Shown here piece after piece: positions 1-9,800 of a DNA stretch of 64,000 bases. The notes below the pieces were generated by a model. That model had not been told where the DNA came from, searched no databases, and worked only from the letters and a program-made list of their open reading frames with translations. The translations under genes were made by a program, and so were the position numbers. The stretch covers positions 544,001-608,000 of the forward strand of contig CAVXYC010000015.1 in NCBI GenBank assembly GCA_963765765.1. Direction: 5' to 3'. This DNA is from an uncultured Chloroflexia bacterium. Lineage in GTDB: Bacteria > Chloroflexota > UBA6077 > JACCZL01. Positions within the stretch are counted from its first letter, which is position 1. Each line of letters starts with the position of its first letter.

Positions 1-286
1 TCGGGTTACCGGGCGACCAGATCGTGATCAGTAACGGCATGGTGTTTGTGAACGGCGAGCGCCTGGAACGAGCCATACGTCGAGTTCCCGCTACCCAGGA
101 ATTACAGCTACCCTGAGAATGGCCAGCCGATCATCATTCCCGGACGGATACTACTTCGTTCTCGGTGACAATCGCCCTAACAGCTTCGACTCCCGGCAGG
201 GCTGGCTGGTGCCGGTTGAGAATCTGGTGGGCAGGGTTTGGCTGTCCTACTGGCCGCCGTCCCGGTGGGGCGTCGTCGGCTCCTAG
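1..286 (+). CDS. lepB: Signal peptidase I, C-terminal part (5' end outside window; frameshifted)
   Basis: Manual translation gives GLPGDQIVISNGMVFVNGE... then, after indels, YFVLGDNRPNSFDSR...VGRVWLSYWPP (SPase I boxes D/E); TAG at 284-286. Confidence 0.85.
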
Positions 287-382
287 TAGCCGTGGCATGC
301 GCGAACTCGCGCTAGATTGCTATCGGTCGCCCAGGAGGGATTCAGGCGTTCGCGGATCAGCGCCGTGTCCGAATCGTTCGGA

Positions 383-2479
383 TCAAAGCTGAGATACTCT
401 TCCCAGAGCGCCACAACTTCGGCCGGTTCTCGCTCCGAGCTCCAACAGCAGGAACCCGAGATTTTTGTACGCTAATGGCTGCTCGGGGGCCAGTCGGATG
501 GCCGTTCGGTACATCTCGACCGCGTCCGCCGTGCGCCGGTCGGTCTGGAACACATAGGCGAGGTCCAGCGCCACCCGACCGTACTCATGGACCATGCCAA
601 ACTCCCAGCTCGTATCCGGGTACGCCTTACTAGGGAAGCGCGCCTGCTTGAAGATGTCAGCGTAGGTCCGTAGCATCACGAAGCGGTCGGAAACTATGCC
701 CGTGGGCAGCAGCCGATGGGCCAGTCCGACGGTGACCAGATCGAACGCCTCTAGAAAGCCGGCCTCATCCGGGGTGCCAAAAATGTACACCGGCCGTCGT
801 CCCCAGTTGGCCTCGACGAGCCAACCGAGCGAGTTTGTGCGCCCTCGGTCGTAGACTTCGAACGGTATCACCACGTCCGGATACCGACGACGGACCTGGT
901 CAACGTACCAGGGGAACGTGAGCTGCTCCATGTTGAGCGCGATCACGTCGGGTCGCTCACGCTCGACAAGCTGGACGTATGGCACGCCGAAGTTCGGGGT
1001 ATCGCCTTTCATGATGATCAGCGAACCGGGCTCCAGTGGCGCGATCAGGTCCTGGTTGAAATGCAGTGCGAGGTAATTGTCGCTCTGGTCCACGACACCG
1101 AAGTGCGCCGCGGCGGAGGCTGCGGGGAGGGCCAGCAGCGCGATACCGGCGGCCGGGGCGGCGAGGCGGGCGATCGGAGCCGGTAGCCGCAGCTTCCGTA
1201 GCCACAGCAACACCTGACAACAGCCGGCTCCGATGGCGATGGCGAACGGCAGCATCGGTAGGATGTAGAAGCGCTCAAGAATCCCGATCCACAGCCGCGA
1301 GAGCCACGAGCTGGTATCGAGCGCCGGGTTTGCATACGCGGCGAAGATCGGCCCGCTGATCAGGAATGCCAGCAGCAGGGCCAGCCCGGGGACAGCTCGC
1401 CGCTCGGCGAGCCACCACGCCCCTACGGCTGCCAGGAGGTAGCCCGCGGGCGTGAACCCATGATAGAGATTCCAGGCCAGAAACCCGGCCTGGTCGAGTG
1501 GGGAGCTTCCCTGCGCATTTTGCGACAGCAAGTGGAAGGTTCCGTACTGCGCCCTGGTCACGTGCCGGATGAAGTTCTCTAGCGTGCGCGGATCACCCCA
1601 GGCGTACGGCGGGTTCAGACTGGAAGCCACTGGTAAGTACAGATACGGCAGCAGCCCGACCAATAGGAGGCCGGTTGCTATCACCAGTTCGCGCCCGCCG
1701 ACGCCTCGGAGAGCCCACCAGGAATCGCTCCCGGACTGACGGAGTTTGAGAGCGCCCGACCCCAGCAGAACCATAAAGGCCGGCGCTAGCAGCACGATGG
1801 TGTGATGGTTGCTCGCGGCTAGGCCGCACCCGAGAGCGAACGCCCTCAGTAGGCCCACCCGCCACGGACGCCGTTCCCATTCCAGGAGTAGCAGCAACAG
1901 CAGCGCCGCGAACAAGCTGTTCAGCGGAAACACTTCCGCTACTAGCGAGTAGGCCCAGAAGGTCGTCGAGAACGCCAGCGCCAGGCCGCCCACGGCGCCT
2001 CCGATGGCCGCCTGCCACGGGCGCACCCCCGGCTCCGCTGCGGACCCCTTTCCCCAATCCGTCAGCAAGCGGTAGATAATGTGAGCCGTAAGACCCACTG
2101 TGGCAGCATGCAGGACCGCGGACAGCAGATTCAGCCGAAGCGCAGGCGAGCCAACCGGCACGAGGGCGGCCAGGTGGCCTAGCATCGTGTAAAGCGGATA
2201 CCCGGGCGGGTGCGGGATGCCCAGCACCCACGCGGCGGTGATCAGATCCCCACTGTCTCCTGTCGGAAGCGTGGGCGCTACGGTTCGCAGGTAAAGAAGC
2301 AACGCGACGAGCGCACAACTGAGCGCCACGCAAAGGTCAATTCTGGCGGCGTTCCAATCCAGGGTCGCGATTACCGCGGTCCGCGGCATCGGCACACCGG
2401 CTAGCCTGACGGCGCCAGCTCCGCGGCGCGACTTTCCCTCTCGAATCGCTCCTGTCGGCGAAGATCGCTGTGCTGTCAC
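383..2479 (-). CDS. DUF2723 (TMEM260-like) GT-C membrane glycosyltransferase with C-terminal TPR
   Basis: GDSGDLITAAWVLGIPHPPGYPLYTMLG signature, AEVFPLN, NHHT, many TM helices, TPR-like AVEMYRTAIRLAPEQPLAYKNLG; extreme C-terminus probably frameshifted. Confidence 0.85.
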   Translation of the reverse strand: MTAQRSSPTGAIREGKSRRGAGAVRLAGVPMPRTAVIATLDWNAARIDLCVALSCALVALLLYLRTVAPTLPTGDSGDLITAAWVLGIPHPPGYPLYTMLGHLAALVPVGSPALRLNLLSAVLHAATVGLTAHIIYRLLTDWGKGSAAEPGVRPWQAAIGGAVGGLALAFSTTFWAYSLVAEVFPLNSLFAALLLLLLLEWERRPWRVGLLRAFALGCGLAASNHHTIVLLAPAFMVLLGSGALKLRQSGSDSWWALRGVGGRELVIATGLLLVGLLPYLYLPVASSLNPPYAWGDPRTLENFIRHVTRAQYGTFHLLSQNAQGSSPLDQAGFLAWNLYHGFTPAGYLLAAVGAWWLAERRAVPGLALLLAFLISGPIFAAYANPALDTSSWLSRLWIGILERFYILPMLPFAIAIGAGCCQVLLWLRKLRLPAPIARLAAPAAGIALLALPAASAAAHFGVVDQSDNYLALHFNQDLIAPLEPGSLIIMKGDTPNFGVPYVQLVERERPDVIALNMEQLTFPWYVDQVRRRYPDVVIPFEVYDRGRTNSLGWLVEANWGRRPVYIFGTPDEAGFLEAFDLVTVGLAHRLLPTGIVSDRFVMLRTYADIFKQARFPSKAYPDTSWEFGMVHEYGRVALDLAYVFQTDRRTADAVEMYRTAIRLAPEQPLAYKNLGFLLLELGARTGRSCGALGRVSQL

Positions 2480-3840
2480 CGACTTATAGCTCTCCGCATA
2501 ATTCCTCGCTCCCCGCGTCAGGGCTTCGAAAGTCTACGGCTTCTTCCCGCCGTTTTCGGGTGGTCGTGGCGGCATACTAGCACCAACTCACATAGGGCAA
2601 CTTACCGCGACCGCGTCGACTCGGTCGCGGATCGAGAATCGCCTAGAACTCGGCAGCTTCGGGCAGCTCATCCCCATGCTGGAGTAGCCATATTCAGCGT
2701 TGGGGGCATTCAGCGCTGAGGCCAATCCGTAGCTCTGAAGGTTCAGAAAGTTGGAAATCGGTCGAACGGGAACTTAGGCCAAGCACTGCACCTGCTCGGT
2801 ATGCTTCGTGAAATAGCCAGGCTCTCGCCTCAGCATTCCGGTGGTCTTCCGCGGTGGCGCACAGCCGGGGACGTCGCGTGGAGCCTTCGGCTCAGCGGCT
2901 GGCTGGTCGCAGGTGGCGACGTCGGCGACTCGCCAGACAGCCCCTCTACGACCCTGACAGGCTACGGCCTGACAGACATTGGTGCGCATGCGAGGAGCCA
3001 GTCACTTCTATTGGTTCGCCAGCGAGTCCCGGATATCACGCGCCCAGTGCGCCTGGCGGTTGGAAAGGTACAACACAGCTCTTGCCCCAGCGCCTCGGGC
3101 GATTGCTTGGCCGCCCGACCGACTCCGCGCCGCAGGCTGCGCTTCACTTGACCGATCCAGTTTGATCAGCACGGTCGACCGAGTGTGCGACGTTACTGCA
3201 TCCGTCGGCCCAAACCCATGATCGATGTCGAGCGCATCGACGCTGACCGCCGACTCGATTGACACCGCGACGAACCGTTCAGACGACCACCCACTCGGGT
3301 CAAAAATGCCCCCGAATGCACTTGACCATGGCGCGAAGGCATCGGTAGAATGGCCGACCGAGGGCATGGCGCCACGCGGGAGACGGTGGAGCCACCGCTC
3401 GGACCACTGTGGAGTGCGGATTCCCCATAAGGGAGGGCGGGGAATAGATGCGTACAGCGTGGCCTTGTATCACTGTGCGCACCACCAGGTGCCCAGAGTG
3501 TGTAATATTCCACGCTCCCTCAGTCGTATGCCCGGAGCAGATGCCTGGCAGGTGGGACACGGCTGGTGAAGCATCGGCATGAGTGCGGTCCCAGATCTTT
3601 TGTCAAAGGGTCGACACGGCGAACAGGTGCGCCGTCATCACGACCGAACCTGTTTCAAAGGGAGAGGCAAACCCCTCGAAACGGTACGCCGGAGTAATGA
3701 ACGGGAGACTCGGACACGACTGACCGAGTCTCGACAAGGTGAAAGATGGAGCCGCGAACGCGATAGCTGGGGCAACGGAGCCGCAACTGCGAGGCGACCT
3801 TTCGTACAGGCGATATGCAAGCGACCAAGGAATGTCCCCA

Positions 3841-6800
3841 ATGAGCAATAACCCGACCCCGGATTTCGAGTTTATCGTCCTGACGCCGGCCGGTACGCCA
3901 AATCCGGCGCTGGCGATCGCGGGAAGTCGAGCGGGCGCACTCGGAATCCTGAATCTGGAATTTACTGGCGATAGTGAAGCATCCTTGTCTGCGCTGACCG
4001 AGTTGGCAAAGCACGCGCGGGGGCGATTCGGCGTTCTGCTGGATGCCGAATCGGAAGGTCTGCTCCAACTCGTGCTTGAACAAGCCCCACCCGGACTGGA
4101 GGTGGTTGCGCTTACGGCCAGCGCCCCGGAGCGGCTCGCGGGTCTTGTCGAGGCCATTCATGCCAACGGCAGGCGCACGTACGTTGTCATCACCAACTTG
4201 GACGAGGCGCGTGCTGGCCAGAATGCTGGCGCTGATGCCCTGATTGCCAAGGGCCACGAGGCCGGCGGGTGGGTGGGCGAAGAGACTTCCTTCGTCCTGC
4301 TTCAACGACTGCTCCAACACGTGAGCCTTCCCGTCCTCGTGCAGGGCGGTGTTGGCCTGCACACTACACCGGCCTGCTTTGTTGGCGGCGCCGCGGGGGT
4401 CGTTGTCGACAACCAGCTCTTGCTCACTCGTGAGACGCCGTTAGCCGATGACGTGAAAACGCGCATCGCGGCGATGGATGGCGGCGAGACCGTTCGGTTC
4501 GGTGCATCCTTCGGTGCGGGGTTCCGGGCCTACGCCCGGCCGGGCCTGCCCGGCGTCGACGAGTTGCGCCAGCTCGAGACGGCCTTGCTGCTTGAGAATC
4601 CATCGGAGTCCGACGCTCGACGCGCCTGGCGTTCCGAGGTTCGGCGACGTGTCGACTGGCGCAGCGCCGAGGCGGACGTCCTGGCGGTGGGTCAGGATGC
4701 TACGTTTGCCTCTGGCCTTGCCCGACGGTTCGTCACGGTCAGCGGCATCCTCGATGGCCTGCGGGAAGCCATTCAGGAGCATTGTCGGGATGCACAGCGT
4801 CTGCATCCTTTAGCTGAGGACGCGCCACTCGCTCAGTCTCACGGTACCCGTTATCCGATCGTGCAGGGGCCAATGACCCGGGTGAGCGACCGGGCGGAGT
4901 TCGCCGAGGCGGTGGCCGAAGGCGGCGCACTTCCTTTCCTGGCGCTGGCGCTCATGCGTGGGCCCGAAGTGAAGACATTACTGGAAGAGACGAAGCAACG
5001 TCTCGGTGCTCGACCCTGGGGCGTCGGTATCCTCGGATTCGTACCGCAGGAGCTCCGCACAGAGCAGTTAGCGGTGATCCGAGAGTGCCAGCCGCCCTTT
5101 GCCCTCATCGCTGGCGGTCGCCCGGATCAAGCTCAGGCCTTAGAGCGTGACGGCATTAGCAGCTACCTCCACGTCCCATCACCAGGCCTGCTCGAGATGT
5201 TCTTGCAGGACGGTGCCCGCCGCTTTGTCTTCGAGGGTCGTGAGTGCGGCGGCCATGTCGGGCCGCGGACCAGCTTCGTGCTGTGGGAGACAATGGTCGA
5301 CGTGCTACTAGCCAACCTGCACACCGGTGCAAACGCGGCCGAGTATCACGTACTCTTCGCGGGCGGTGTTCACGACGGCCGGTCCTCGGCGATGGTGGCG
5401 ACGCTGGCCGCACCGCTTGTCGAGCGCGGAGTGCGGGTCGGAGTCCTGATGGGGACCGCTTACCTCTTCACCGAGGAAGCTGTGCGAGCGGGGGCGATCC
5501 ATCCGGGCTTCCAGCAAGTAGCGGTCGAAACCGAGCAGACGGCACTTGTTGAGAGCGGGCCGGGCCATGCTACTCGCTGCGCCCCCTCGCCCTTCGTCGA
5601 GGACTTTGAGCAGGAAAAGCGCCGGCTGCTGCAGGGTGGCCTGCCCGCCGAGGAGCTGCGCAATCGCCTCGAAGAGCTCAACATCGGCCGCCTGCGCGTT
5701 GCCGCCAAAGGCGTCGACCGCGATCCCAACCCGGACGGGGAGCCGGGTGCCCGCAAGCTGATTGAGATCGGCGAGGAGGAGCAGTGGTCGCGGGGAATGT
5801 ACATGATCGGCCAGGTCGCCGCATTGCGCGACCGCGTTTGTACTCTTGCTGAGCTGCATCGTGAGGTCTCGGACGGCGGCGCGGAGCGCCTCGGCACAGC
5901 GTGGCAGACGGAGCTGGTGGCAGCCTCTCCTACTCCGGCACCAGCCGCCGTCGCGATCGTCGGCATGTCGGCCATCGTGCCAGGCGCCCCCGATCTGCAG
6001 ACGTTCTGGACGAACATCTTCAACAAAGTGGATGCCATCACTGAAGTTCCTGAAGAGCGCTGGGATTGGCATCAGTACTTCGATGAGGATCGCACAGCAC
6101 GCGACAAGATCTACTCTCGCTGGGGTGGCTTCATCGACCCCGTCCCGTTCGATCCTCTCGAGTTCGGCATGCCGCCCAACTCGCTCACGTCGATAGAGCC
6201 GTTCCAGCTCCTCGCACTGGCAGTGGCGCGAGAGGCGCTCAAGGACGCGGGCTATCTGGACCGTCCCTTCCCGCGTGAACGCACTTCGGTGATGTTCGGG
6301 GCCGGAGGCGGCGGTGGCGACTTGACGGGCGGCTATGTGACCCGCTCTATGCTGCCTACCTTGTTCGGAGAGAGTGCCGCTGAGCTCACTGAGAGCCTCA
6401 ACGGTGTGCTTCCAGAGTGGACCGAAGATTCCTTCGCCGGCATCTTGATGAACGTGGCGGCAGGCCGAGTTGCCAACCGCTTGGACCTTGGCGGAGTAAA
6501 TTTCACCGTTGATGCCGCCTGCGCCTCTTCTCTGGCAGCCGTTTACCATGCGGTGCGGGACCTCGAGGCGCGGACGAGCGACGTGGTCATCGTCGGCGGC
6601 GTCGACGCCATCCAGAATCCATTCGCCTTCCTCTGTTTCAGCAAGACGCACGCACTTTCGCCAAACGGCCGCAGTCGCCCTTTCGACGCCGAGGGTGACG
6701 GCATCGCGATCAGTGAAGGCTTTGCGGCGCTGGTTCTTAAGCGGTTGGAAGACGCCGAGCGAGACGGAGATCGGATCTACGCTGTCATCCGCGGTGTCGG

Positions 6801-9800
6801 TGGCTCGAGTGACGGGCGAGATCGGAGTCTCACCGCTCCCCGTCCAGATGGACAGACACGCGCGCTGCGGCGTGCCTACGCCCAAGCCGGCTTCTCACCG
6901 TCCACCGTCGGTTTGATTGAGGCGCACGGTACCGGCACCGTGGCCGGCGACCAGGCTGAGTTGCAGGCACTGACAACCTTCTTCAGCGAGTTGGGGGCAC
7001 CCACGCAAGGCTGCGCGGTAGGCTCTGTCAAGTCGATGATCGGCCACACCAAGGCCACGGCGGGCGTCGCCGGGTTAATCAAGAGCGCCCTGGCACTGCA
7101 CCATCGCGTACTGCCACCCACCCTCGGGGTTGCCCAGCCAAATCCGAAGGCGAACTTCCCGTCCAGCCCCTTCTACGTCAACTCCGAAACCCGCCCGTGG
7201 GTCCAGGCTGCCGGGTCCGACCCACGACGGGCCGGCGTCAGCGCTTTCGGTTTTGGCGGCACGAACTTCCACGTCGCGCTCGAGGAGTACACCGGAGATT
7301 ACCTGCCGAAGGAGCGCGCCACGCTCGACTCCTGGTCCGCCGAGCTTCTGGTCTGGCGCGGTCACTCGCCCGTGGAGATCCTGACGGCGGTCGATTCGCT
7401 GCTCAGCGATCTGGAGCAGGGCGCGGAGCCTCGGCTCGCCGATTTGGCCTACTCGCTCAGCTTGTCATCCAGCTCGCTCGAGGCAGGCCAGCCAACGCTG
7501 GCTATCGTAGCGACGTCGCTGGCGGACTTGGCGGACAAGCTGCGTGCGGCCCGAGACCTGCTTCAGAGCGGCGCTGAGCGCGGCCACATGCCGCAAGGTC
7601 TACACTACGCCGAGAGCCCCCTGGCGCGTGATGGCGAGATCGCCTTCTTGTTCCCCGGCCAGGGCTCGCAATATGTGAATATGGCGCGCGACATTGCGGC
7701 CGTCTTCCCGGAAGCACGGGCCTCATTCGATGAGGCCGACAGTGTCCTGTCCGAATTGCTGGAGCGGCCGCTGAGTCGTTGGATTTGTCCCCCACCAGCG
7801 TTCACGCCAGAAGAAGAGCAGCGACAACGGGCTGAACTGACTGAGACCAATATTGCCCAGCCAGCGCTCGGGGCGACGGACATCGCATTCTACCGTCTCC
7901 TACTTGCGCTCGGTGTGGAACCAGGGATGGTGGCCGGTCACAGCTACGGTGAGTTCGTCGCGCTGTGTGCAGCCGGGTGTTTCGACGAGGAAACGCTGCT
8001 CACCCTCTCGGAGGCCCGTGGTCGCTTCATCCGCGAAAGCGCCACTGACGACTCCGGGACGATGGCCGCCGTCGATGCGGCGCCGGACGCCCTGCAGGAG
8101 CTGCTTGCCGATCCAGAATTAACCCTCGCCAACCTCAACGCACCCCGGCAGACCGTTGTCGCCGGCACACGCACCGCGGTCGAACGCGCCATTGCCTGGT
8201 GTGCGGAGCGCGGCCTCCGCGCCCAACAGTTGCCCGTTGCCTGTGCTTTCCACTCGCCGTTGGTCGCGCCGGCCCAGCAGCGTCTGGCCCAGCTACTCCG
8301 CCAGACGTCGATCCGGCGACCTCGCATTCCCGTCTTTTCGAACACCACAGCGGCGATCTATCCCGACGAGGAGTCAGCGATCGGCGAATTGCTGGCCGAG
8401 CACCTCGTCCGCCCGGTGGATTTCGTTCGCGAGATCGAGGCGATGTACGAGGCTGGTGCCCGCATCTTCGTTGAGGTCGGCCCGCGTAGTGTCCTCACCG
8501 GGCTCGTTGACCGGATTCTCGGTGATCGCCCTCACGTCTGCGTTCCGTTGGACCAGCCCGGAAGGCCTGGTCTGGTCCAGCTGCTCCACGGCCTGGCGAC
8601 TCTCGTCGCCGAGGGCGTCCCGCTACAGGCCGAGCGACTCTACCGCGGCCGCACGGTCCGGCGCCTGGATCTCGCCGCACTCCGGCGCGAGACGCGCCAG
8701 CCGCAATACTCCTCGACGACCTGGCTGGTTGACGGGGGGCGAGCCTGGCCAACCCATGGTGAGAGCCACCAGAAACAGCGCGCGACCGTCCCATTGCAGA
8801 TGAAAGCCGCCGATGGCCCAACCACCGTCGCCAAGTCCAGCATCGACGCTACAACACTCGCTTCGGCAGAGCGCGAAGGCGCGCACGGCAATGGAACGGG
8901 CAATGGTCAGCACTCAGTATCGCAACTGCAGACTGCTGCCGCATACAACGGCCAGACACAGGTCAATGGCGCAAGCAGCTACCCGACGGTCCTGGGTCAC
9001 ACGCCCGCCGCGGTAGTGAGCCAGCCACCGGCTCCTGCCAAAACGTTGGAAACAGGGCCAGCGGTGATCTCCTCGTCACCGCTCGCCATCATCAATGACT
9101 CCACACCCGAGGTCATGCGCCAATTCCAGCAAGTCATGCAGCGCTTTCTCCAGACTCAGCAGAGCGTCATGCTGGCCTATCTGGGCGCGCCCGAGCACGG
9201 AGTCCAAGCCCCCACGTCGGAGTCTGGAGCATCAACCAACATCCAGGTGACCAGTGCGACGCGGCAGCCAATAACGGTCCAGACCCCGATCAGCCTAGGA
9301 GCCGCGATTGAGACGAATGGCATGGACACGTCGAGCGCGCTCGTGACGGGCCCGCCCGTCGCGGCCGACGCGCCTGCCAGACTTGCTAATGAGGTGCCGG
9401 TCGATGAACAGGGCAAGGAGCCGGCAGTCTCTGCGCCGATCGCGAACCCGGCCTCGTCCTGGGGTCGAGAGCAGATCACGGAGCAAGTCCTGGCCGTCGT
9501 CAGCGATCGGACAGGCTACCCAGCGGACATGCTGGGGCTCGATGTCGACATGGAAGCCGATCTAGGGATCGACTCCATCAAGCGGGTTGAGATTGCGGGG
9601 ACCGTTGTGCGGCTCCTGGCACTTACCATGGACGACTCTACCGATCTCGAGCGGTTGACGACCAGCCGCACCCTCCGGCAGGTCGTTGAAAATCTGGAGG
9701 CGCTGCTCGCGCCCGGCTCGAGAGTGGAACAGGGCAAGGAGCCGGCAGTCTCTGCGCCGATCGCGAACCCGGCCTCGTCCTGGGGTCGAGAGCAGATCAC

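Noticed and set aside
2774-3000. Possible ISKra4-like transposase remnant (LRREPGYFTKH) on the minus strand
   Set aside because: Only a few residues resemble the motif; no downstream IGSG motif or IS ends
5308-6885. 525-aa minus-strand ORF and other long antisense ORFs
   Set aside because: Shadow ORFs of high-GC coding strands with no motifs
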